NCBI GenBank assembly: GCA_034530875.2
Contig: JAVRCJ020000023.1
Location: 1-64,000 of the forward strand
DNA: 64,000 nt
From: Nostoc sp. DedSLP01
GTDB taxonomy: Bacteria; Cyanobacteriota; Cyanobacteriia; Cyanobacteriales; Nostocaceae
Reading direction: 5' to 3'
Positions 21,177 to 30,404 of the stretch are shown in pieces. How positions within the stretch are numbered: the first letter of the stretch is position 1; each line of letters starts with the position of its first letter. The notes beneath the pieces are model-generated. The model was not told the origin of the DNA, searched no databases, and worked only from the letters and a program-made list of their open reading frames with translations. A program made the position numbers and the translations under genes.

Positions 21177-21455
21177 GTGAGTCTAGGAGCTTGTACAGAA
21201 TTTTTAGACAAAATCAATAGCGATGCCGCTTTGCAACAAGAAGCAACTAGCATCTTAGAAGGCAAAGAGGAGATAGAAGAAGCGGCTAATGCTTTTGTCT
21301 TGTTTGGGGCAAAGCATGGATATGAATTTACAACCACCGAAGCTATCCAAAAGTATCAAGAAGTTATGGCCCAAGGAGAAGGGGAACTTGATGACGAGGT
21401 ATTAGAACAGGTGGCGGGAGGGAGAAGGGTATCTGGTTGTGTTTATAGTACATAG
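21177..21455 (+). CDS. Nif11-leader RiPP precursor 3, core RRVSGCVYST
   Basis: GTG21177 follows the RBS AGGGAGAGA and gives 92 aa like the paralogs; the track start 21135 is too far upstream. Confidence 0.92.
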   Translation: MSLGACTEFLDKINSDAALQQEATSILEGKEEIEEAANAFVLFGAKHGYEFTTTEAIQKYQEVMAQGEGELDDEVLEQVAGGRRVSGCVYST

Positions 21456-21524
21456 CCGAAATATCATCAGAAATTCGACACAATAAAGGGCAATAAAAAT
21501 TATCTTTCTAGAGGGAGAGATCCA

Positions 21525-21806
21525 ATGAGTCTAGCAGCTTGTACAGAATTTTTAGACAAAATCAATAGCGATGCCGGTTTGCAACAAGAAACAACTACCG
21601 TTTTAGAAGGCAAAGAGGAGATTGAAGAAGCAGCTAACGTCTTTGTCTTGCTTGGGGCAAAACATGGATATGAATTTACCGCCGCCGAAGCTATCCAAAA
21701 GTATCAAGAAGTTATGGCCCAAGGAGAAGGGGAACTTGATGATGAGGCATTAGAACAGTTGGCGGGAGGGAGATCGTCGGGTAGTTGTTTGTTGAGTGGA
21801 TGTTGA
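21525..21806 (+). CDS. Nif11-leader RiPP precursor 4, core RSSGSCLLSGC
   Basis: Leader ends ELDDEALEQLAGG. Confidence 0.92.
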   Translation: MSLAACTEFLDKINSDAGLQQETTTVLEGKEEIEEAANVFVLLGAKHGYEFTAAEAIQKYQEVMAQGEGELDDEALEQLAGGRSSGSCLLSGC

Positions 21807-21822
21807 TAGCCGAAGCATTGCC

Positions 21823-21897
21823 ACATTGGAACAGGTGGCCAGAGGAGAGAATAAGACAAAATTTCTATTTTACTCTGGCGGTTTAATAAGCTGTTGA
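21823..21897 (+). pseudogene. Leaderless relic of a fifth precursor: TLEQVARG-ENKTKFLFYSGGLISC*
   Basis: CATTGGAACAGGTGGC matches the leader-end DNA of precursors 1-3. Confidence 0.55.
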
Positions 21898-22140
21898 GGA
21901 TGTTTTAAAAGCTAGTGGTGATTTATAAAAAATTTCTCGCTCCCCTTTTTAAGCGGGGATAGGGTGGATATCAATACTGCTCGGATTTTGCATTTTTAAC
22001 TCGGCATTGGGTTTGGGGAAAAGGTTAAAGGGTAAAGGTTAAAGGTTTTTTCTTTCCCCCTTTCCCCTTTCCCTTTTCCCCTTAACCGACAAGTATTGGG
22101 GTGGATATAGATCCAATAAAGCTACTTGACAAACATCCTC
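21896..22140. mobile_element. Nested MITEs: outer GAGGATGTTT...AAACATCCTC, inner 21972-22098
   Basis: Inner TIR CAATACTGCTCGG/CCGACAAGTATTG with 10-bp direct repeat GGGTGGATAT at 21962-71 and 22099-108. Confidence 0.75.
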
Positions 22141-22162
22141 TAAAATACCTAATTAAAACCCG

Positions 22163-24397
22163 ATGTTTAATAAACCTAGATTTAAACCAGAATTTCGTGT
22201 TGAAATTGTCCAGCCTAAAAAGGTTTACCTATTAAGCGAGCGCCGAAACTTTGCTTTAACAGGTAATCTTTATGTACTCTTAGCACCTCTCCTTGATGGT
22301 AATCACACTGTAGAGCAAATTACGAATAGGCTGAAATGGATAACCAACCGCGCACAGATCGATCGCATCTTAACTAAATTAGCAGATAAAGGTTACATTA
22401 CTGAAGCAAGCGATCGCCTTCCTGATGCTGTTCAAGCTTTTTGGAGTTACTTAGGGGTTGATAGCGAGACTGCTCTCGGCAGGTTACAAGCTACTCGCGT
22501 TGCTGTGCAAACTTTTGGCAATATTCAATCAACACCATTTATCGAAGCTTTAAACACTCTGCATATTAATATCAGTAATGAAGCAGACTTTACTGTTGTT
22601 TTAACTGACGATTATTTGCAACCACAATTAGCAGAATTTAATCGCCAAACCCAAAAACCTTGGTTGCTAATTAAGCCAATAGGAATGGTTTTGTGGATTG
22701 GGCCGATTTTTATCCCAGGACAAACAGGTTGTTGGCAATGTCTCACTCATAGATTGCAAAAAAATTTCCCCGTAGAAACTTCTATTAAACAGCAAAAAAG
22801 TATTGATACTTCTCTAATTACTGCGATTGCTTCACTACCTTCTAGCTGGCAAATAAGTTTAAATCTTGCTGCTCAAGAAGTTGCTAAATGGGTGGTACTA
22901 CAAAAAAGCCCACAGTTGGAAGGTAAAATAATCACTTTTGATACAGAAACTTTATCAACCGAAAATCACAGTTTAACTAAACGTCCTCAATGTCCTGTTT
23001 GCGGCAATTTAGAGTTTTGGCAAAAGCAACAGTTACAGCCAATTGAGTTACAAAGTCGTCCCAAGAATTTTACTGATGATGGCGGACACCGTACACTTAG
23101 ACCAGAGCAAACTGTAGAGAAATATAGTAATCAAGTTAGTTGGGTTACTGGTGTTGTTAAAGAATTGGTGAAATCAAACAAAGTAGTAGATTTAATTCAT
23201 GTTTATTTTGCTACTTACCAAAGTGCTGATAACCTCGACAATTACGACCGTCTGCGGAAGAATTTAGAGCATTATAGTGCAGGTAAAGGTAAGACAGACA
23301 ACCAATCTAAAGCTAGCGCACTTTGTGAAGCTCTAGAACGCTATTCGGGAATTTTTACAGGTGAGGAATATCGGATCGAAGCTACTTTCACTCAACTAGG
23401 AGATGCAGCAATTCACCCTCATAAATGCCTTTTATATAGCGACAAACAATATCAAAATCGTTACGAATGGAACCCTCAGCACGGAAGTTTTGCACGAGTC
23501 ACTGACCCTTACGATTTAACTCAAGAGATTGAGTGGACACCAGTTTGGTCGCTGACTAACCAAACGCAAAAATATTTACCCACTGCTTTCTGCTATTTTG
23601 ATTATTCGCTACCGGAAGGACATACATTCTGCATAGGAGATTCCAACGGTAATGCAGCAGGTAATACTATCGAAGAAGCTATTCTGCAAGGATTTATGGA
23701 ATTAGTTGAACGGGATAGCGTGGCACTGTGGTGGTATAACCGCGTAAAAAGACCGCAAGTTGATTTAGCCAGTTTCAACGAACCTTATTTGCTCAACTTG
23801 CGAGATTATTACCAAACAAAATTCAACCGTCAATTGTGGGTGTTGGATATCACCAGCGATTTAAATATTCCCAGCTTTGCCGCAATTTCTCGCCAGACTC
23901 AGGGAGAGAAAGAAAATATTTTAATCGGATTTGGAACGCATTTCGATCCGACTATTGCTATTTTACGGGCAGTAACAGAAGTAAATCAAAGTTTAACTTT
24001 GGATTTGGATAATGAAATTGAGTTTGCCCCGGAAAACGCTGATATCGCCTATTGGTATGCTAATGCTACTGTCGAAAATCAGCCTTATCTAGTACCTTGC
24101 GATCGCACTCCTGCTAAAGTTTATGCAGACTATCCTTTCTTAGGTAGCAAGTGCGATTTGCGCGAAGATATAGAAATCTGTGCAGAGATTGTCAAAAAAT
24201 TAGGTCTAGAAATGCTAGTTCTAGACCAAACTCGCCCTGATATTGGCTTGAACGTAGTCAAAGTTATTGTCCCTGGATTGCGCCACTTTTGGCCGAGGTT
24301 TGCTCCAGGTCGCCTTTACGATATTCCAGTTAAGTTAGGTTGGTTATCAGCACCTTTAAAAGAAGAAGAACTTAACCCGATACCAATGTTTATCTAA
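22163..24397 (+). CDS. Fused RRE/E1-like-YcaO cyclodehydratase (TOMM, PatD/TruD-like)
   Basis: WIGP...GCWQC, RPQCPVCG, GGHR, SAGKG, EALERY, SNGNAAG, ELVERD, Pro-rich C-terminus ELNPIPMFI. Confidence 0.95.
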   Translation: MFNKPRFKPEFRVEIVQPKKVYLLSERRNFALTGNLYVLLAPLLDGNHTVEQITNRLKWITNRAQIDRILTKLADKGYITEASDRLPDAVQAFWSYLGVDSETALGRLQATRVAVQTFGNIQSTPFIEALNTLHINISNEADFTVVLTDDYLQPQLAEFNRQTQKPWLLIKPIGMVLWIGPIFIPGQTGCWQCLTHRLQKNFPVETSIKQQKSIDTSLITAIASLPSSWQISLNLAAQEVAKWVVLQKSPQLEGKIITFDTETLSTENHSLTKRPQCPVCGNLEFWQKQQLQPIELQSRPKNFTDDGGHRTLRPEQTVEKYSNQVSWVTGVVKELVKSNKVVDLIHVYFATYQSADNLDNYDRLRKNLEHYSAGKGKTDNQSKASALCEALERYSGIFTGEEYRIEATFTQLGDAAIHPHKCLLYSDKQYQNRYEWNPQHGSFARVTDPYDLTQEIEWTPVWSLTNQTQKYLPTAFCYFDYSLPEGHTFCIGDSNGNAAGNTIEEAILQGFMELVERDSVALWWYNRVKRPQVDLASFNEPYLLNLRDYYQTKFNRQLWVLDITSDLNIPSFAAISRQTQGEKENILIGFGTHFDPTIAILRAVTEVNQSLTLDLDNEIEFAPENADIAYWYANATVENQPYLVPCDRTPAKVYADYPFLGSKCDLREDIEICAEIVKKLGLEMLVLDQTRPDIGLNVVKVIVPGLRHFWPRFAPGRLYDIPVKLGWLSAPLKEEELNPIPMFI

Positions 24398-24404
24398 CTG
24401 GACT

Positions 24405-24614
24405 TAAGTAGAAGGACTAAATTAAACCTAACTTGACATTGCCGGGTTTCGACTTCGCTCAACCCTCTTTGAGTCAAGCTATCGAGCATTGAGCGAAGTC
24501 GAAATGCATCTTATAAATAATTGTGTCCACCTACTTAATGTCATTGCGAACGAAGTGAAGCAATCGCAGAGTCTTTGTGATTGCTTTGTTCCACTTCGTT
24601 GCACTCGCAATGAC
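24405..24614. repeat. Stacked palindromic small dispersed repeats between the convergent ycaO and sagB genes
   Basis: TTAAGTAG...CTACTTAA (24405-24538) enclosing TTTCGACTTCGCTC/GAGCGAAGTCGAAA; GTCATTGCG...CGCAATGAC hairpin (24540-24614). Confidence 0.7.
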
Positions 24615-24638
24615 ATATTAAGGGTAATTTGCCGGACA

Positions 24639-26054
24639 TCATATAACGGGACGGCTACCGAGAACAAATTCACCTACAGAACTTTCAGCATAATAATCAC
24701 ATCCTACTGCTTTAGCAAATAAATCAGCATTTCCACCCCCGATCGCGCAGGGTGCTAAATTCATTGCTGTTGCTACTAAGTAAAAATTTTGGTATAAAAC
24801 GCCTACGTGCTTGAGAATAATTGCATAAGCCATAGATTGATACTTCCAAGTTAAGCGTTGAAACCGAGCCGAAATCACCAGTAAAATTTGCGGCATTTCT
24901 TCAACTCCCATTGCACTAGCAGCACTTTGTAGTAAGGCTTCTATTAGTTCGTTTTTATCGGTAAGATGGCTTAGTTGGTGCGATAGCGGTTGATAATGAT
25001 ATAAACCAGATGCTAAATTTTGACAGCGATTAATAACTGGATAAATTTCTAATTCATAAATTCCTCCACCACCAGGATAGGCACGTTGGCTAAGTTCTAC
25101 CAAGTCATGTTTAATAATATTTTTAACTCTGGCGGTTCGATAAAGAAATTCTCCTAATTGTTCTACAGTAATTGGTTGCTCTCCCCACTGACGAATTGAT
25201 TTTCTTGTTTCTAAAACTTGTGTGAAGGGAATATCTGTTTCTGCCAAAGCGATTAAGTCAGGTTTATAAAGGTCGATTAAATCATTAGATATTAGAGGTT
25301 TTAGGGCTGGTAGCGGATCGATTTTGCCGACAAAACGATAGGTTCCACCAAAGGGATTCGCGTGTCTCCCTACACGGCTACGGCTATGAAACAACAAATC
25401 ATGAAACTCCCATTGAGCCAGAATTAAATTTTCATTCTCAGCAATTACGCCGTTTTCATCTACTGTTGAGAGCATTTGACTGGTGAAAAGCAAACTGATA
25501 AATTGCTCGGCTATCTCTACAGAAATACCTGGAATTTGCGAGGAAAGTTCATAAATATTCTGAGGGTTGCCCAGGAGTACAATTAAAGCTCCACCTCGCC
25601 AATCGAGCCGAATTTGGCAAAAAGATAAAGGCGATTCTAATATAGTTTCTCCTGCTATTTGGTGAGTATAAGCAAAGCGTGAAAGAATATATTTAGTTGT
25701 CGCTGATATTGGTTGGGGGGAAATTTGCAAATCTGGGCTGATAGATATAGCAGTAGCGATCGCCACATCATTTACTACAATTGAATAGCAAAGCCATCCC
25801 AATTTCGCCAGCTTGTTGAGATACAAATTAAATTTTTGCCACCCCTCAAAACCGTCACTTTCACAAACAATCTTTTTGAGTTGCGAGGGTAAAGTTGGAA
25901 CAGTTGCTAGAGTTTTTAAAGCTTTTCTCAGTCCAGGTTTGGGATTTTTAAATGTTAGTCGCCGATCCTCAAACTGAAGAATTATATAACTGTCTTCCGG
26001 TGGCGCGATCGCAGCAATGTCTTTTTTCAATGAAACTAAAAATTCTGATGGCAT
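24639..26054 (-). CDS. SagB/ThcOx-family FMN azoline dehydrogenase with N-terminal extension
   Basis: QWEFHDLLFHSRSR, RKSIR, YPGGGGIYELEIY, WKYQ, LVATAMNLAPCAIG. Confidence 0.94.
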   Translation of the reverse strand: MPSEFLVSLKKDIAAIAPPEDSYIILQFEDRRLTFKNPKPGLRKALKTLATVPTLPSQLKKIVCESDGFEGWQKFNLYLNKLAKLGWLCYSIVVNDVAIATAISISPDLQISPQPISATTKYILSRFAYTHQIAGETILESPLSFCQIRLDWRGGALIVLLGNPQNIYELSSQIPGISVEIAEQFISLLFTSQMLSTVDENGVIAENENLILAQWEFHDLLFHSRSRVGRHANPFGGTYRFVGKIDPLPALKPLISNDLIDLYKPDLIALAETDIPFTQVLETRKSIRQWGEQPITVEQLGEFLYRTARVKNIIKHDLVELSQRAYPGGGGIYELEIYPVINRCQNLASGLYHYQPLSHQLSHLTDKNELIEALLQSAASAMGVEEMPQILLVISARFQRLTWKYQSMAYAIILKHVGVLYQNFYLVATAMNLAPCAIGGGNADLFAKAVGCDYYAESSVGEFVLGSRPVI

Positions 26055-26061
26055 ATTTTAA

Positions 26062-26994
26062 TCAAATTTGGCTTAATGCTGCGCCGACATCTAAAGGTTG
26101 GGGTTTAATTTGCTCTAAACTGACAAAATTGAGATCGTACAATTCGCCCAATCTTTTTAATAAATTATCTTCGATAAACTGGCATTGATCGGCAGGAGTA
26201 TAACCACTAATGCGCGATCGACAAATATCAATCATGCTCACTTGCACTTTTTTCTGGACTAAAAACTCAATTAATTGGTCAATTCTCTCCAGAATTTTGT
26301 CTTCAGAAAGTTTCAGGATATTGGGAAATAATTCTGTTTCAGTAAATTCGTTAAATACTAGATAATATTTGTCGTCTTCAATCTCGGCTCTGATTGAGCT
26401 ACCATAAGTTATTCGCAAAAATTGATAATTATCTCTCTGAAAACTTTGATATTGGTCTTCAGTAATTTCTATTCTGCCTGTATCGTTATAATATCTGTTA
26501 TTACAAGAAAAGTAATCTAAATCGATATCTAAAACCACAGTTTGATTTTCAGGAAACTCATCTTTAACTGTTAAACAAGTATATTTAGCAGTTTTATATT
26601 TAGGATCGAGTAAAACTGCCCCGATATTCTTGACATTTTTAGTTAGAAATATCGTTTCTTCTGGATCGCAAGCATAAACACACATAAACGCAGAGGATGG
26701 CTCTTTTAGTCTTGGGCGCAGCCAAAAAACTTGATTAAATACTCTCTGATAAACTGCGGGAACAATAAAACTAGCAATATTTAATTCGTGATAAGTAAAA
26801 TCATAAATATCTTGAAAATTGTCATTGAGAGAATTGAGAGAACGAGTAAATCTAGGTGTTGCCATATCTGAATGTTCGTCGATATGGAGCAAGATATTTT
26901 TTGACTTGGGAATGATATTTTTGCTAATAGCATAATGCCAAATCCAAAATGCTTCGTGATGTTCTTCCATGATAAAAACGGGAATGACAGCCAT
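26062..26994 (-). CDS. UPF0489-family protein, probable RiPP peptide arginase (Arg to ornithine)
   Basis: EEHHEAF, LLHIDEHSDM, LNIASFI, VLDIDLDYFS, ICRSRISGYTP metal-site motifs; lies inside the RiPP cluster. Confidence 0.82.
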   Translation of the reverse strand: MAVIPVFIMEEHHEAFWIWHYAISKNIIPKSKNILLHIDEHSDMATPRFTRSLNSLNDNFQDIYDFTYHELNIASFIVPAVYQRVFNQVFWLRPRLKEPSSAFMCVYACDPEETIFLTKNVKNIGAVLLDPKYKTAKYTCLTVKDEFPENQTVVLDIDLDYFSCNNRYYNDTGRIEITEDQYQSFQRDNYQFLRITYGSSIRAEIEDDKYYLVFNEFTETELFPNILKLSEDKILERIDQLIEFLVQKKVQVSMIDICRSRISGYTPADQCQFIEDNLLKRLGELYDLNFVSLEQIKPQPLDVGAALSQI

Positions 26995-27031
26995 ATTTAT
27001 TCCTTTTAAATCCCAATTGTTGAATTATAGA

Positions 27032-27158
27032 TATAGGACTCATATTTGATTTGTGAAAAAAATCCGTAATCAAAAAATCACTCTTTCCTACTCCCTACTC
27101 ACCACTCCCTACTCCCAGCCTGTACAGATAATTTCAAAATTCAAACCGGATTCCTATA
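27032..27158. mobile_element. MITE-like element carrying internal CTACTCC STRR units
   Basis: Imperfect 27-bp IR TATAGGACTCATATTTGATTTGTGAAA / TTTCAAAATTCAAACCGGATTCCTATA. Confidence 0.6.
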
Positions 27159-27208
27159 CCTTGTCTAAGCTGAAATGATAGTTTCATAATCGACAATTGA
27201 CAATAGTA

Positions 27209-29941
27209 TTAAGCAACTTGCCTAGCCATCAAATCGGCAAAAATTCCAGGTTGAGCCATTAATTCATCAAACGTGCCTTGCTGCATTACCTGTCCTGCGG
27301 CAATTACATAAATGCGATCGGCATTGCGAATTGTACTGAGGCGGTGAGCGATCGCAATCCGAGTTACTTTTAACTGTTCTAAACTTTGGCTGACAATTGC
27401 TTGTGTGCGATTATCTAAAGCACTAGTCGCTTCATCAAAAATCAAAATTCTCGGCTTTAATACCAAAGAACGAGCAATTAATAAACGCTGGCGCTGTCCT
27501 CCAGATAAATTCGAGCCACCCTCAGAAATTACTGTGTGCATTCCCATCGGCATTTGTTCGATATCAGCAGCAAAACCAGCCATTCTTGCTGCTTCCCAAG
27601 CTTCATCCATTGTTACTAACGCACCGCTAGAAATATTCTCAAAAATAGAGGCGCTATTAATGCGACCGTTTTGCAGCACTACTCCTAATTGCCGCCTAAT
27701 CGCTGAAATATCCAACCCCGATAGATCCTGACCGTCATAATAAATGGTGCCGTCTTCTGGTTGTTCAAAGCCCAATAGCAAACGCACGATTGTAGATTTA
27801 CCGCTACCAGAAGGCCCGACTAAAGCAATAAACTCTCCTGGTTTGGCTTCAATTGATACTTTATCTAAAGTTAAAGGGCCGTCTTCTCGGTAGCGAAAAT
27901 TAACGCGATCGAATTTGACACCGCCTTCTAATCGACCAGGATCGCTTTTATCTAAATCCACTTCTGGCAATTCTGTTAAAATCGGTTGAGCGCGTTCCCA
28001 AAGTACGGCAACTTCTAACACGCTAACAATCGCATTGCTCAATTTAGTTGCACCGCCAATAAATAGCCCAAAAGCACTATTAAATGCTAAAAAAGTTCCA
28101 GTCGAAAATTTTGCGCCTCCTCCTAACTGATGCGTGATAATCCCGACAGTCAAGGAAAAAATTAGAATCGAACTAATAGTTGGTAGAACCTGATTGATAA
28201 CTGTTACTGTATCGGCGATCGCTGTACTTTTGAGCATCAATTTTAGTTGTTGGCTAAATCCTTTTGACCAATAAGCAAATGCCCGTTCTTCTGCCGCCGC
28301 TACCCGCAATTTAGATACGCCGTTGAGAAGTTCTACTGTTAGCCCGAATATCTCGCCTTGTAACTCTTGCATCGGCTTAATAATTCTGCGAGAAAAAATG
28401 CTAGAAATTGTTGTGGCTAACAAGTTAATCAAGGCGATCGCTAAAGCTACCAATGCTAATTGACTGCTATAAACAAATAACAATCCCAAATTCAGCAGCG
28501 CAAAAAAGCTAGAAAATATTGTGCCGATAATGTTACTGCTGAGAAGTTTGTGAATTTGGGCGATCGCCGAAACGCGAGATTGCAAGTCGCCAGTCGAATA
28601 TTTACGAAAGAAAGATACTCGTAATTTTAATAACCGATCCCAAACTGCGGCTTGGTTTTGCACCTCTAATACAGTTTCAATTCGAGCGATCGCAATATTT
28701 TGAACTAAATTAAAAACTGCATTCCCAAAACTAACTGCTAATAAACCCAAACCAATTTGTAATAAAATTCCCCGATTGGCATCGGGAATTGCTTTATCAA
28801 TCAAAATCCCTGTTGCTAGAGGGGTAAGCATTCCTAGCAAAGCAGAAATGACCCCTAACACTAGCACGGTCAAAATTTCTCGATCGCGTCCGCGCAACGC
28901 AAACTTGATAATATCTACTGTTTTTAGTACCCGTTCGGGAAACGGGCGATAAAGCATATAAGCAATTGGAGAAATTAACTTCGCTGTGTCAATATTGACA
29001 AGGATGCGACGGCGTTCGTGAGGACTAAAAACTTCATAGCGATCGCTACCTACAGGTAATAAAGCCACTGGGCGATCGCCTTGGGCGGTGTATGCTAACA
29101 ACGGGCCGCTATCAGACTCCCACCACTTACCGCTTAAAATAACCCGCCTTGTGCGAATCCGCGAAGCACGAGCGATCGCTTCTAGGGGATCTTTTACCCG
29201 CTTGGGATCTTCCGATTTAGCGGGCGGACGAATTCCAATTCCCAACGTCCGACCAACCGCACCCACAGCAATTAATAATTCTGTTCCTTCTTGCAGAAAT
29301 TCTGCTTCTTGAGGGCGAAAAATACTCGTCAATTCCCCTAACGCCCGTTCGCTAGCTTGTTGATTAAGTTGCAAACGGGCATTAAACTGCTGAAAACGGG
29401 TTTTTTCTTCCTGCTGTTCTAGTTCGTGCAAACAGCGCAAAAAATCGCTGTGAAATTGCTGCAAGCGTTCTAAGGTTGCAGTTGTGTCACTAATTTCTTC
29501 TGGCTTAATTCCATCCAAAACAATATCAGTATCGTCAAAAACTGCAACTAAGCGATCGTTCCATTGACGCAGGCGATCGAGAATTGGAGATAAACTTTCA
29601 TTCCCCTCTAAGCTGTATTGTCCCCAGTTTGTTAGATCTACTGCTTGCAACTGAGTTTCTTCGTAACCAATAGCAATCAGCGAGTAAGAATTCCCTTCTA
29701 AATTTACAGGAATTCCGAATATAACATCCCCTGGATTGATATCGAATAAGTAACGACGCGCTCCTTGCTCTATACCGTTTGCTGTTTCGACAGCAAACAA
29801 AGCCATTGTCCCTGATAATACCAACCATGCAGTATCAGAACGAGCCAACTTTAGAGGATTATTGCCTTTAACAATAGTTTCAGAATTGCTATAGTTCAAA
29901 TTATTACTCCCAGTTCGCCCATTTTTTTCTGAGTTAGCCAA
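27209..29941 (-). CDS. NHLM export ABC transporter permease/ATPase (TIGR03797-like)
   Basis: cNMP-like N-terminus, IARASRIRTRRV, GPSGSGKST, LSGGQRQR; TTG start. Confidence 0.92.
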   Translation of the reverse strand: MANSEKNGRTGSNNLNYSNSETIVKGNNPLKLARSDTAWLVLSGTMALFAVETANGIEQGARRYLFDINPGDVIFGIPVNLEGNSYSLIAIGYEETQLQAVDLTNWGQYSLEGNESLSPILDRLRQWNDRLVAVFDDTDIVLDGIKPEEISDTTATLERLQQFHSDFLRCLHELEQQEEKTRFQQFNARLQLNQQASERALGELTSIFRPQEAEFLQEGTELLIAVGAVGRTLGIGIRPPAKSEDPKRVKDPLEAIARASRIRTRRVILSGKWWESDSGPLLAYTAQGDRPVALLPVGSDRYEVFSPHERRRILVNIDTAKLISPIAYMLYRPFPERVLKTVDIIKFALRGRDREILTVLVLGVISALLGMLTPLATGILIDKAIPDANRGILLQIGLGLLAVSFGNAVFNLVQNIAIARIETVLEVQNQAAVWDRLLKLRVSFFRKYSTGDLQSRVSAIAQIHKLLSSNIIGTIFSSFFALLNLGLLFVYSSQLALVALAIALINLLATTISSIFSRRIIKPMQELQGEIFGLTVELLNGVSKLRVAAAEERAFAYWSKGFSQQLKLMLKSTAIADTVTVINQVLPTISSILIFSLTVGIITHQLGGGAKFSTGTFLAFNSAFGLFIGGATKLSNAIVSVLEVAVLWERAQPILTELPEVDLDKSDPGRLEGGVKFDRVNFRYREDGPLTLDKVSIEAKPGEFIALVGPSGSGKSTIVRLLLGFEQPEDGTIYYDGQDLSGLDISAIRRQLGVVLQNGRINSASIFENISSGALVTMDEAWEAARMAGFAADIEQMPMGMHTVISEGGSNLSGGQRQRLLIARSLVLKPRILIFDEATSALDNRTQAIVSQSLEQLKVTRIAIAHRLSTIRNADRIYVIAAGQVMQQGTFDELMAQPGIFADLMARQVA

Positions 29942-29949
29942 AAACTATA

Positions 29950-30135
29950 CCGAAAGACGTGTTCCAAAAGGAACTAAGTGGGTATAAGTTCGGGATTATG
30001 GCATTTGAACCCGTAATTAAAAACGAACGAGTTGATGATATGCCCTTAGTGCTAACACAACAGGAGCATATACGGGTAGAACAACTAATCGATAAACATT
30101 TTCCATGTCACGGAAACTGGCAAGGACTAAATCAT
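29950..30135 (+). mobile_element. Truncated IS1634-like transposase 5' end
   Basis: ATG29998 MAFEPVIKNERVDDMPLVL...LIDKHFPCHGNWQGL, then the similarity breaks off; putative IS end CCGAAAGACGTGTT at 29950. Confidence 0.65.
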
Positions 30136-30404
30136 ACATTCCATGAATCAAATTGCTGAAAGGGTGGCAATTCTTCTCGATACTTTGACAGCAGACGAAA
30201 TTTTCAATCACTTACTCTATATATAGTATAGGAAGCATTGTTTGAAATTTTTGCAACAACTTTGTAGCAATTACTGATATTAAAGAACTTAAACTACCAA
30301 AATTTAGTTCGTAGTAAGCGGCTCTAGTCTTTTTTTAATACTAAAGTCTTTACTACAAATTTTGCATTATTTAGCCCGTTTTACTTAAAACAGAGACTAA
30401 TTCA

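Noticed and set aside
24479..24722. Small ORFs between ycaO and sagB as extra precursors
   Set aside because: They overlie palindromic repeats and have no leader motif
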